Of a stretch of DNA of 64,000 nucleotides, positions 12,708-23,699 are shown in pieces (position 1 is the first letter of the stretch; the number at the start of each line of letters is the position of its first letter). The translations under genes were made by a program, and so were the position numbers. Source of the stretch: Glycera tridactyla (taxonomy: Eukaryota); assembly GCA_965644265.1 (NCBI GenBank), contig OZ286470.1:80290001-80354000 (forward strand), read 5' to 3'. The notes below the pieces were generated by a model. The model did not search any database, was not told the origin of the DNA, and worked only from the letters and a program-made list of their open reading frames with translations.

Positions 12708-12876
12708 CTTCCAGAAGGTAGGAGCCAACGCTAACAGACCGCAGGCTTGCTTTCTGGTAGGATGTTGTGGTCGTCGAGGCAGCAGACTCCGTGCCCATCT
12801 CTCGGACAAGTGGAGGTAATTCCGGGTTCTCGTGTAATCCTGACGACAGTTCAGGTAGTGCTCCATCTAGTGTCAT
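12708..12876 (-). CDS. Candidate coding exon (MTLDGALPELSSGLHENPELPPLVREMGTESAASTTTTSYQKASLRSVSVGSYLLE)
   Basis: 56 open codons from ATG to a phase-1 AAG|GTCAGA donor, or to TGA at 12697. An upstream TTCCAG| acceptor lies near 12960. Confidence 0.35.
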
Positions 12877-13186
12877 GTTGGATAGACAAACAGAATGAGC
12901 TCAGATTCATTCAGCATGGGCAAGAAAAGCTCACTGAATAGATAAAATACCACATCTGCCTGGAATGTAAAGTTCATCATGCAGAACATTTTGGAAATAC
13001 AAACTTCAAAATGACCAAGGAAAACTCGCACCAGGATAGCAACACAAAGGGTAAGGAACGGCATGATATAATTGTAGTGAAGACAACAATTAGCAGTCAT
13101 ACAACAATCTTCAAATTTCTACTTTGGCAACTAGGTGATCCAGACACTGGCTCAAATTGCAGTGTTAGCTTTTTCGCCTGCCTGAC

Positions 13187-13607
13187 TAGGGCTGGGACAA
13201 AACACTTTGGTCACAATATGAAACATTTCTAGAAACACACCTCACGAAATGAATGACGAAACGAAATGCCACGAAATCCTCTTTCAGGAGTCTGGCGTGG
13301 TCCTCCCGGTTGCGAGTGACATGAACAAGCCACCCATATTTTGGTGGCCTTGAAATATTGCAAATTACTATTGAATATAAAGACATTTCTAGTAAAAATT
13401 TCATCAAATCTCCATCATTCGGGCTCTCCACAATAGTTTTTTTTAAACAAGGTGCATTTTCTGTATTCATTGGCATTTGTGAGTACTCATCAGCAATGTT
13501 TCTTTGTATTTCAAAACACTTCGAAACACTCCTTCTAGTTTCGAAACGATTGTTTCTTTTGCAAACGATCGATATTATCCAAATTTCGGTGAATCATCCC
13601 ATCCTTA
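13187..13607. mobile_element. hAT-type MITE (copy 1)
   Basis: TIR TAGGGCTGGGAC, near-identical to 29408-29830. The 8-bp TSD T(G/A)CCTGAC is split on the right by a MITE C. Confidence 0.85.
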
Positions 13608-13609
13608 TA

Positions 13610-13786
13610 CAGTGAAACCTGCTCGAGAGTAAACCTGCGCTAGGCAAAATCCTGTCTTAAGCACATACCCCACGGTCTGCCTGGATGTTTTTCCCTAACT
13701 ATAATTGTCCTGCACTAAGCAAAATCCTGTCTTGAGTGGAAGAAAAATTGGGTCCCGTGACTTTTCACTTAAGACAGGTTTTACTG
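13610..13786. mobile_element. MITE family C
   Basis: TA|CAGTGAAACCTG...CAGGTTTTACTG|TA. Confidence 0.88.
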
Positions 13787-14082
13787 TACCTGACTGGGGA
13801 CATTTGTCCCATCCACTTCGAGAATTTGGGTCAGAACCCTTGGGACAGGAGAAACTGGCTTTGGGTGCCTTGGATGAATAGAATAATAGTTCAGCAAAAT
13901 TTTCTTATTGAATGTAATGAAGATCAATTTCGTGTACAATGGAAAGAATGAAATATTAAGAGTGGATGGTGTATTGAAGAACAAGGGTCAAAGCTTCAAG
14001 TAATTTATCATATGACATGCACTGCCGCCTGTCCGATCCGCGCACGAATAATGTCATATGATAAAGACAGAATTAAACTCAC

Positions 14083-14134
14083 GTCCGGTCTCAAGTTGTA
14101 GGACGAGTGATACTCCTCCGCTGCCGCCACTCAT
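14083..14134 (-). CDS. Candidate first coding exon (MSGGSGGVSLVLQLETG)
   Basis: TCAAATG start context, 17 codons + 1 nt, GTGAGT donor (phase 1), CpG-rich surroundings. Confidence 0.4.
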
Positions 14135-14349
14135 TTGATAAACGACTCGAGACCGGACGCTCGTTCTATTCTGTCTATTTACCAATGGTCAGAGGTCTTT
14201 TACTGAGGTCAGAAGTCAATATCCCACTAGCCTGGCTGGGTGTCAGATTGCGACACCCCTGGTGCACCAGGCGGCTGAGAGCAAGCCCTGATATGCCATG
14301 TAGGAATCAAACCATCTGGTGCTAAATACCTGAGGCAGACTAGACATGT

Positions 14350-14443
14350 CACACAAGGTGGCAGCAGCTTACTGATGTGATTTACATTGTCAACACTAGA
14401 TGTCATATTGGTGCCTCAATATAAAATCCACCAGATGGCAGCA
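14350..14443. promoter_or_regulatory. Cluster of CTCF-like motifs
   Basis: CCACCAGATGGCAGCA at 14428-14443, CACACAAGGTGGCAGCAG at 14350-14367, and a weaker CACTAGATGTCA near 14395. Confidence 0.4.
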
Positions 14444-15325
14444 TTCAAACAGCAGTGGTAGCCCAATCAGGCCACATAATGGGACCCCAACTGTGAACCT
14501 GCCGTGGGTTCTCTCTAGAATGAAACGCGAATGATTTTAGTAAAATGGAAATAATTTTAGCAATTCAGAAGACATCTCATTGAATCAGTTGACCAAACTG
14601 AATTTCTATTGCATGTTTTCACCAAAATATATTTCTACACAATGTACCATTATCCACGATGACTCATCATGAATATTACTTCAGCAAATTATTTCATTTC
14701 TTTAGCATTTGACTAGATTGACTATAGCAAAATCTATAGAGGGTGCCTGTGTGCCGAAGGTTTTGGGTCTAGCTTCCAAACATAGAACAACAAGGAGCAA
14801 AGTGGAAGTTTGAGATTCCAAGAGATCATGACTATTGAGCAATTTTCTGCACCAACAACTGATATTTCAACCCCGAGCATTGACAAGATATGTTACAGAG
14901 TATACTTCCGTGTGTAAAATGAATTTTTGTTCCTGAAATACATCTCACACAAAACGCTACAGAATGCATGCATGATTTTGAGGCCATGGAAGCATACCAG
15001 GTTGCCAACTGAGAGAAACTGTGGAGTCAAATTCCCTTGCTGATGAAAGAGGGACCTGTTTGAAGAATAACCCAAACCAGCAGAAGTGGCAACCACATCT
15101 CAGGACATTTTCAACAATATTATGTTTCCAAAGCCAGATGATCTGTCACTGATTGGAAACACTTTCAGGGAACACACAAATCAAGACAGTACCGATCAGC
15201 ACACTTTTGGTGAGGAAAGATAATATTGTTCACCAAATCAACTTCCATCAACAAATTTTGCTGACCTTTCAAAGAAGATTCCCACTTCAATTTGTTTTCC
15301 AAATTCTATAACATCTGTAATTCTG

Positions 15326-15442
15326 TAATCATCTACTTTTCTTTGATTTTCCCAAATTCCGTAATCATCTAGTTATCTTTGATTTTCCAAGATTCTTCAA
15401 TCATCTAGTTATATTTGATTTTCCCAGATTATTTAATCATCT
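15326..15442. repeat. ~36-bp tandem repeat, ~3 copies
   Basis: Recurring AATCATCTA..T...TTTGATTTTCC. Confidence 0.8.
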
Positions 15443-15622
15443 TGTGATGCAGGTTCCAATACTGACAAAAATGTGTGAAGCCTCTTCACGATAGCTTCTA
15501 ATTGGCCCTCCATATAATTCATGCCCAAAAATTTTCGTCCAAAAAGTAATATTGGCCTCAGCTGTCAATATCAAATGTGTAAGTTGGAAAGCGGAACAAT
15601 ATAAAGAAGTTATTTGACTCAC

Positions 15623-15751
15623 CTTTGTCTTGGCCATCACCATCATCATCAGAATCACTATCTGATGAGTCGCTGCCAAGCATGTAACCATGGGTCTTCT
15701 CCCACTCCTCAAATGTTGGCGGGTGGTTCCTTGTGAACTCGGCATTTCGAC
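15623..15751 (-). CDS. Internal coding exon of an unidentified host gene (GRNAEFTRNHPPTFEEWEKTHGYMLGSDSSDSDSDDDGDGQDK)
   Basis: TTCTGTCTGTTTCAG| acceptor and AAG|GTGAGT donor; 129 bp, symmetric phase 1-1, open frame, protein-like composition. Confidence 0.75.
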
Positions 15752-16748
15752 CTGAAACAGACAGAATCATGCCAATAATCAGAGAGTGATTTGACATTCA
15801 GTGCCGCATCACATACTACTAGACATCTCTCCAGAGGTTTGATGAGTTCATGTAGTATTGCAAATCTTGTGTTGCAAACTTGCAACAGTCATGCCTTCAT
15901 TCTAAAACATCAATCCACCTGAATGATTAGTAAAAAGTGTACAAAGAATCAACATAAAGCTGATAAGAAAAATGATGATAACACTGTGGTCAACATCGCT
16001 GATACAAGAGATTACACCTTGAGTGTCTGTGTTTTTCATAATCTTGAATCACGCCACCCATGCCAATTGCATGTACATGGGCATCCTAATTAGCCCAGAT
16101 GGTGATGATCAACCAACCAACCTCACCCCCAACAGAACCGCAACCATCGCCTGATGCCATCAATAGGTGTATCATTTTTATGTAAAGTAGGTAGGGGTGT
16201 GTCTGAACTGTCAGCTACTTCCACTTGACAACCTTTCAGGTTCGTCATCTTGTGTTCAAGGTTTGTGAGAGAGATGTCTGTAGCGGAGAGAACATCTAAC
16301 TTTCATTAACAAGGAACACATGGCATACATAACCCTAGGGTTGATACATGTTCCACCTCAAATAAACAAACAAACAGTGCCTGAGCCCTACCTATGATCT
16401 CAGATTCTTATCTGAATCAGATGTACACAGAAACTGCCATCTAGTGTTGATGGCATCAAGTAAAGTTTGACTTTAATCCCACCAGTCTGCTGAAGCCCTG
16501 CCCTCCTGCATATAACCATAGACATAATGTTTAGGGATTATACAGGGTCTCATACTCGCCACAATATTTGATATGTACCAGTGATACCCCATGGAAATCA
16601 ACACATTTGAGGTGTAATAACCCTGATAATACGCTATCCATTTAAGATCACATTCAGCAACTGCAGTGATGCACTGTCTCACATTGAGAACGATACCTGT
16701 GATGGCTTACGAGGAATTTAAATTATATGCATCTTCAATTTTCTATTA

Positions 16749-17101
16749 CAGTAAAACCTGTCTTGGGAGACCGCCCCTAACGCCAATGAAAAGCGGTCTC
16801 TCAAGACAGGTGGTCTCTCTTTGGAGGTATATTTGACTCTTTCAAATAGAGAAGAGCAGATGAAGAGTGGTCTCCCATTAGAGGGTGGTCTCCCAAAAGA
16901 GGGGTCTCCCAAGACAGGTTTCGCTGTATTCCCAATATATATACAGTCAAACCTCCCTATAAAGACCGCCCTTGGTCGCATAAAAAGCGGTCGTTATAGA
17001 GGTCATTTACTGTTGAAATTACTACCACGGTTGCAGTTGAGGGTGGTCTTTATAGGGAGGTGGTCTTTATAGAGAGGTGGTCTTTAGAGGAGGTTCGACT
17101 G
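16749..17101. mobile_element. Adjacent MITE A (16749-16926) and MITE B (16944-17101)
   Basis: Both have intact TIRs and TA flanks. Confidence 0.85.
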
Positions 17102-17981
17102 TATATTTGCAGATGTAGAATAATTGTGATAAAATCAATTCAAAAAGCAAGAATGGGGTTCCTTATCATTGAAAAAGTTATCAGCATTGGTTGCAATTCT
17201 ATTAAGTCACTGCTGAATATTAATGAGCTGATCCCTGATGACCGCGATTGACAACTTCCGGTGATGGCCGCCACCAGCTCGGAGATCATGTTCCGCGTCT
17301 TTTTGTAATAAGATCTTTCCATAATTGAGATGTATTACTGCGAATTATTGGTATAAATTTAACCCTCCTCTCCCCAATGCAATTTTTGTCTAGTTTTATT
17401 TTAGTTGGATCAAATTGTAAAGTTTAGCCAAAAGCACTTGGTTTCTTATAGAAGACAGAGAAAATATCTAAAGTTATGATCAGTTACGAAAATGAACATT
17501 TTTCTTTTATGATACAGTGTAAACAATTGTAACTGCCAAGGAAACTTGAAAATTGTAAGCAGTGTTTGTGGGGCTATTTCATTAGACACAACTACAAAAG
17601 CCTGTCAGGAGATACCATCGATAATTTCCCAGGGGCAATTCATCATTCATCAGGCCACAGCAATATGTACAGCAACCTCGCAACAATGGACACATGAAAC
17701 CTAGGACCCACACGACTGAATTTGGAGAGGTGAAGGTTGCAGGGCCTGCCCCACTGGCAAAAGCAGGCAAATTCATTGAACTAAGGGCAGGTGATGTTAT
17801 CACTCTGCCTGCACCATGGGCTTTTTACATGTGGAAGGGCAAGTGAAAATGTTGAGGACAGGTGAGCATTCTTCTGGGTCCCCAATGAATCATTATTCAT
17901 ATCGGGCCCTGAGCGGTGATAGTGGTAATTGTGGCATTTGTGGTAATGGTGGTGATAGTAGTGGTAGTGGTGGTGGTGGTA

Positions 17982-18311
17982 CAGTGAAACCTGCCACAAG
18001 ACAGCCTTGAATGTCATCAGAAGTGGTCTCTCAAAATAGGTGGTCTCGTCAGGGGTATATTCCACAGTAATATGAGGAAGCTGCCCTTGGAAATCAGTCT
18101 GTCATCAGAGGTGCTCTCTCATCAGGAGGTTGGTTGGTTGGTTCTGGTCGTCACGTCAGCACTATCAGGGCTATATTGTGACGCCCACGCAATGGGCATG
18201 GGTGGGATCTTCCCAGACTCCTCCTTCTGGGTTCCAAATGGAAGGTGAACATTTATGAAATTCACAGACACTGCAATTTCATCAGGAGGTCTCTCGTCCC
18301 AGGTTTCACTA
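17982..18311. mobile_element. MITE A carrying a retroposed insert
   Basis: TIR CAGTGAAACCTG; the interior is split by 18130-18278. Confidence 0.8.
18130..18278 (-). mobile_element. 5'-truncated SINE (or LINE 3' end) with (CCAA)n tail
   Basis: 11-bp TSD TCATCAGGAGG at 18119-18129 and 18279-18289. Homologs lie at ~45735-45960 (-) and ~41395-41482 (+). Confidence 0.8.
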
Positions 18312-18513
18312 CAGTGGCAGTGGCGGTAGCAGTGGCAGCAGTAGTCAAGATAAGGTAAGAGTCGTTTATTTGACTTTGAAGCATACATCATAATACATGT
18401 ATAAAAGCAAAAGTGTAGGCAATCACAGTATCCTGTCTACATGCGCGAGGAGTAGGACGCGACTCACATCGGAGCTAGGGCTTTTTGACAATTTCATATC
18501 TTAACAAGAGAGT

Positions 18514-21006
18514 ATGCCGGCGACAAAGGAGAAGAAAGTTCGTAAGGCCACAGAGAATACAAAGGTCGACGACGGAAGCGATTGTGGAGCCAGCAGCAAG
18601 GATATTTCTATACATAAACGAAGAGACGGGCTGCGAAGTAGTCGAACAAAGATGGCCGACGAGGTCCCAAACGTAGAAAACGAGGGGGCGAAATCAGGTC
18701 ATACAATGACTTCCGATACTATGGATAACGCCGAAGTAACTACAACAGCCAAAGGAATATTATCACCCCAGTTAACGGAACATACAAATGAAATGACCAT
18801 CGGAACTGTGAGTAATGCCTCAAATATATCATATGAAAACTCGATTGAGTTGGATAGTTCGTTTACGTCAACATACAGTACAAGTCTAAATATGATGCAG
18901 ACAAACTGTGACAATAACAGAGACACTCCCTGTGAGGGTCAAATTCAGCAAGACATAGAAGAGGGCCCAAAAGATACTGCGAAAATTGATGACCATGCAA
19001 TCGAATTTGCACAGGAGGTACATGAAGGATCATTTCGAGAAGAAAAAAGACAACATTGTAAAAAGCAGAGAAATATGTCCGAGAATATGTCTGAAAGTAG
19101 TGAAATTGATCCCAGTGATAGCAATACCGATAGCCATGAACTAGCTGAACCAAATCTGTCAACCGTGGAAATGCACCCTACATACACGTCAACTCAAACC
19201 ATCGGACAACAAGAGAATCAGTCACCCGTGTCAACAAGAATCAACATACATGACATGACCCCGGAGGAACTATTAAATATAGAAGATGAATCACAAGTGC
19301 AGTTAATGTCTGACAATCGGGATGGTTCCAAACAGAAAAAGGAAATCATGCATAAAACAATGAAACAAATGTTTGAGCAATATATGACAACAACAGATTT
19401 TAAAAATCAAATGGCAAAAGAAGTTAAAAACCAACTCGAAAATGAAATCATTCCGTATAATGGGAGGAAGGAAGTAATGACAGAAATAGCAACGCAAGCC
19501 TGTAAAACATACGTGGACAATACAGTTCCTGACATGATCGATGTAAAACAAGTAATGTTGAAAGACAGTATAGACACCAAGTTTCACTCGATGGATCAGG
19601 TGTTGGTTACAGCAGTAAAAAGCACATGTGATGAGCATTTGACCAAAAATCTTCCCAGCAAGGTATCGGATGAAATGATGGAATTCAAAAGTGATTGGTT
19701 AAAGTGTGTGGAATCATATGTGGATGATTCAATTGAACTGGCTGCAAAGGAATCAAATGCTGAAGTGCTACGAGGAGTAAACGAGTTGATCAAAATTGTT
19801 GATCGACATGAGGATATGCTCAAAAATTCAGACAGTAATATTGCTAAATGGATGGACCAAATAAAGCAAGAATTACACACAAGAAGCTCAGACACGACAC
19901 CAAGTAACATAAAGGAAACAGTGATGAAATTCATAAATGAGGTGACATCTTTAGAGACAAGGGTGACTACAAATGAGACGAGCATCGTGGGTCTCGTACA
20001 GAGAATGGATGGTACTGAAATAAATGTCGACCACCTACAGAAAAGTGATCGTTTAAATATCATCATACTTGAAGGACTGCCATATATCAAAGAGAAGATC
20101 CTCATTGACCAGGTACTTGAACTGATAAATGGTCGAACAAATTTGGGATTAACTAAATCAGATATTGTCCAAGTGTCCAGAATGGGACCCCCTGGGACTG
20201 CAGACAAACCTCAATCAGTAAAAATACGCTTTGCACATGGTAACATTCGTAAGGATATACTAGTGCGAAAAGGAAATGTGAAAGGATCGAAACTGTTCTT
20301 CAGGGAGCAACTTACCCCAAGAGAAAATGACATTTTTCAGAAAGCAAGGACAGCACGAACAGAAGGAATACTGGACAGTGTATGGACTCGAGATGGAAAA
20401 GTATTTGCTTCGATGGACAAGAAAAATGCAAAGATTCCTCTCTATTCGATGGGGAAAATTGAAAAACTATATGCTCAACGTACAGAAAAAAAGACAAGTG
20501 ATGAAGTCCAAACAAAATCACAAAACACAACCACCACTGATGATGGGCGTGAAAAAGTGAATACTACGGCTGCCCCCATGAGGAGAGGGAGGCATAAACC
20601 AGGACATGGGCAACGACACACAAAAGAGAAATTATCCCAAGACCAACCAAGTGAGATGGTGGATAAAGGAGAAATAAATCTATCAGTTTCTATGACCTCG
20701 CTAGGCACAAACAGCTCGTGCCCACAAACTGATCCTGCGAACAAGGAGTCATCTTTATTGAGGAAATGGCTAAAATCTATTGAAACATTACCACGACCAA
20801 AATCAGTAGACGATCTAATGATGACACCTGGCGGAAGCACTCAGAAACCGATAGTACCAGTCGATTCCGCTAACGCGACCGATCAAGGTTTCGAGAAACC
20901 AAAGAAAACTTTTCCGATATTTGGCGGCTGTACTTTAGACCGCGATAAAGGAACGCCGACATCAAATATGTATGATAGACTTAAATCGGATGCGGAATTA
21001 AAATAA
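18514..21006 (+). CDS. LINE ORF1-type protein: disordered N-terminus, coiled coil, RRM-like domain and FP-C-like CTD
   Basis: 830 aa open. NIIILEGLP...KIRF...FFREQLT...KAR...VWTRDGKVF is the motif series of L1-type/CR1-L2 ORF1 proteins. Confidence 0.88.
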   Translation: MPATKEKKVRKATENTKVDDGSDCGASSKDISIHKRRDGLRSSRTKMADEVPNVENEGAKSGHTMTSDTMDNAEVTTTAKGILSPQLTEHTNEMTIGTVSNASNISYENSIELDSSFTSTYSTSLNMMQTNCDNNRDTPCEGQIQQDIEEGPKDTAKIDDHAIEFAQEVHEGSFREEKRQHCKKQRNMSENMSESSEIDPSDSNTDSHELAEPNLSTVEMHPTYTSTQTIGQQENQSPVSTRINIHDMTPEELLNIEDESQVQLMSDNRDGSKQKKEIMHKTMKQMFEQYMTTTDFKNQMAKEVKNQLENEIIPYNGRKEVMTEIATQACKTYVDNTVPDMIDVKQVMLKDSIDTKFHSMDQVLVTAVKSTCDEHLTKNLPSKVSDEMMEFKSDWLKCVESYVDDSIELAAKESNAEVLRGVNELIKIVDRHEDMLKNSDSNIAKWMDQIKQELHTRSSDTTPSNIKETVMKFINEVTSLETRVTTNETSIVGLVQRMDGTEINVDHLQKSDRLNIIILEGLPYIKEKILIDQVLELINGRTNLGLTKSDIVQVSRMGPPGTADKPQSVKIRFAHGNIRKDILVRKGNVKGSKLFFREQLTPRENDIFQKARTARTEGILDSVWTRDGKVFASMDKKNAKIPLYSMGKIEKLYAQRTEKKTSDEVQTKSQNTTTTDDGREKVNTTAAPMRRGRHKPGHGQRHTKEKLSQDQPSEMVDKGEINLSVSMTSLGTNSSCPQTDPANKESSLLRKWLKSIETLPRPKSVDDLMMTPGGSTQKPIVPVDSANATDQGFEKPKKTFPIFGGCTLDRDKGTPTSNMYDRLKSDAELK

Positions 21007-21498
21007 AATAATCCTTCAACATAATTGCAGCAAATTGCAAGCTGACGGAAGAATATTAGAATACCGGCATTAATGTATGAAATGGCCCAAGTGCGAAATT
21101 GATAAATGAAACCTAAACGTCGACCACGAGGCTACTAAAGAGGATTCCTCGGACGAGTGTTTAAATCGAGAAATACGATGAATTCGCTATATCATATATC
21201 AGCAATAGATGTATTCGAAGATGAAAAACCGACGGACAACCCAGTAAGTACTTTGCGAATGGGTATTTCACCATGAACAGCGCAAACACGGACTAACGGT
21301 ACATACATGGGCAACGCGCATTTTGTGCCCTGGAATGAAGCGATCTCTAGTATGGAAGATTGAGGGCAAAACGACACTTGGGAAATTTATTTAAATAACT
21401 AGTATTATTTTAGTATTATTTTAATATTTCGGTGAACAGTATAACAAACGTGTCTTTAATATCTGTTATAGGCAACGGCCGATGAAATTACAGCACAA

Positions 21499-22458
21499 AT
21501 GAATAAGCGCCTACAAGCAGCCGAAACGATGAGTCCAATTTTCGAAAGGAAGAGGCTGATGGATCAACTGGAACGTCCAACTGTATTAGTGATTGGATCA
21601 AGCCATGTCGTAAAAATGGAACAAAATTTGTCATTGATATCGTCTGAATATGTGAAGGAGTATCTGAAAAGTTGGTATTTCTTTGGTATTAGCGGCGCAA
21701 AATGGAAAAGCTTCGAAAACGAATTCGTAGGGGTGTTTCCGCCAGGAATAAGAGGTCACAGGCATGGTAACACATTGGTGAAGATCCAAGGAGAATGTCC
21801 AAACCCCTCCTATGTGATCATACTGATCGGCTCAAATGATGTTGGGGACTTTCAGTCAAATCTCTGGAGGACCCTACATAAAGACCCTCGAGTAGAGAAA
21901 AGAAGAGTAGAGACATACCAAGAGGAATTCCTGAATAGTTTGAAGATCAAAATCGTGGGATGTATTAAAATGTTACGCCTTTTGTTTCCAAATTCTATAC
22001 TCCTTTATCCACCAATCTTATGGCGCCCAACATGGAAGAAGGCCACCAAGCAAATTGCACGAAGCATCGACATTTTTCTTCAGAGCAACTGTAATGATGC
22101 ACCAGAAAATGCTGTAAAATTCGTGTACACACAACGACTATACAAGACAATGTTCTGTAAAATCATCACCAAGCATGGTTTCAAAGCATTGAAGAAAAAA
22201 ACTTGTCCTCGGCGAAGAGCAGCTGGCGAAATCATTGATGGATTTAATAATAAGGACAAGATACACCTTACTGGTCATGGATACTGTACGATGATGTTCG
22301 AATTGATGGGATCTGTCTACACCCATTGGATAGCGAAACATGAGTTCAGCATTGTGAAACCTCCATCAAGACAAGCGAGACGAAGAAAAGAGAAGAAATC
22401 GAGAAGAAATGAAAACAAAGATCAAAGTGATGACATCTCGATGTGGTTGGAAATATAA
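21499..22458 (+). CDS. SGNH/GDSL-like hydrolase (esterase)
   Basis: Block I VIGSSHV, block II FGISGA, block III IGSNDV, block V DKIH; basic C-tail RQARRRKEKKSRR. Confidence 0.85.
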   Translation: MNKRLQAAETMSPIFERKRLMDQLERPTVLVIGSSHVVKMEQNLSLISSEYVKEYLKSWYFFGISGAKWKSFENEFVGVFPPGIRGHRHGNTLVKIQGECPNPSYVIILIGSNDVGDFQSNLWRTLHKDPRVEKRRVETYQEEFLNSLKIKIVGCIKMLRLLFPNSILLYPPILWRPTWKKATKQIARSIDIFLQSNCNDAPENAVKFVYTQRLYKTMFCKIITKHGFKALKKKTCPRRRAAGEIIDGFNNKDKIHLTGHGYCTMMFELMGSVYTHWIAKHEFSIVKPPSRQARRRKEKKSRRNENKDQSDDISMWLEI

Positions 22459-22469
22459 ATAATGTGACC

Positions 22470-23330
22470 GGAAACTAGGGAAACCTAATGCCTGGTCTAT
22501 GTCATTATACAATACATGTGCATTGATATTGAGTTCAAATTGAAAACTTGGAATATTGTAATGACTGTATTTTGACATTGAACTGGTGCAGAGTTATAGT
22601 AATGAAATAGCACAAATGGAAAGCGTATGCACTGATGTGCCAAGCCAATACAATGATATCTAGATGTGGTTTGACATATAAAAAGTACATGACAGGTAAC
22701 TGGGGAAGCCCAATGCCTGATCTACGTGACCAAGTGATATTTGTGCCCTGATACTGAGTTTAAAATGTGAAATGTCTTGATGTGGTTTGACATATAAAAG
22801 TAAGTGTCAGGAAAATAGGGAAACCTAATGCCTGACCTACGTGACCAAATGATATTTGTGCACTAAGACTGGGTTAAAATGAGAAATGTGAAATCGACAA
22901 ATCTGCATATTACCATGAAACTGGGGAGACCCAATACTTGGGAATGTGAAACCATGATCTTGAACCTGATGTGAGTATAATTAGGATGACAAATTTATCA
23001 TGGAAATCAAAGGTACTGACATCTGTAAGTTGCCATGAAAATAGGGAAACCTAATGCATGGTGACAAAAATGGATGAACATTTCAGTAATGATATGACAA
23101 TACTTGTGAAAGCGAATCCATGATCTAAATAAGATGAGAATATAAGTTTGATGACATGTTTCTCATGAAAATCATATGCGTGGATGTCTGCCAGTTGTCA
23201 GGAAAATAGGGAATCCTAATGCCTGGTGATATATGTAGGTGGATATACTTGTGATGATAGGTTTCTCCTGAATATTATATAAAATTGCCAACCAGGAATC
23301 AAGGGAAACCTTATGCCTGGTGTAGTGCTT
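22470..23330. repeat. Diverged repeat array 1 in the LINE inter-ORF spacer
   Basis: GGAAAATAGGGAAACCTAATGCCTG-like motif near 22470, 22695, 22810, 22917, 23037, 23201 and 23301; includes a ~115-bp tandem duplication. Confidence 0.8.
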
Positions 23331-23699
23331 GCTGAAGTTATAACAAGGGCAATTGTTGAGTTTGAACAGAATTGGGATGCTGTGATTACTAACAGGAGGA
23401 CTTAGATCATGTTGCACTGTATTCCAAATATTATGCTACTACAAGCATGAGACCAACTAACACGATATTGGGAAATCAAATGTTTGAGAGTGGTACACAT
23501 GTGCTATGCAGGTTGCAGAGAATAGGGTTATATATATTAAAATCTTAAAGTATACACCAATCTAGTAGTTGTAATGTCCACAGGTGTCCACTCAGATGGG
23601 TATGGGTGTAGAATTGGGGTGAATAATGCCCACTTAATGCCCACTCTTTGACAATTATAATGAGCGAACAACGAAGTCTGATAGAGCATATTTGGAAAT

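Noticed and set aside
17250-17300. ETS/YY1-like ACTTCCGGT-GATGGCCGCC as a promoter with ORF MAATSSEIMFRVFL
   Set aside because: The ORF stops after 14 codons, there is no good donor, and there is no other support.
17620-17850. Plus-strand frame with a JmjC/cupin-like ELRAGDVITLPAPW
   Set aside because: It is a single short motif without the metal-binding His, and all frames between the plausible splice sites contain stops.
19596-20207. 203-aa antisense ORF (and other minus-strand ORFs) over ORF1
   Set aside because: It is a shadow of the sense coding frame, with no recognisable motifs.
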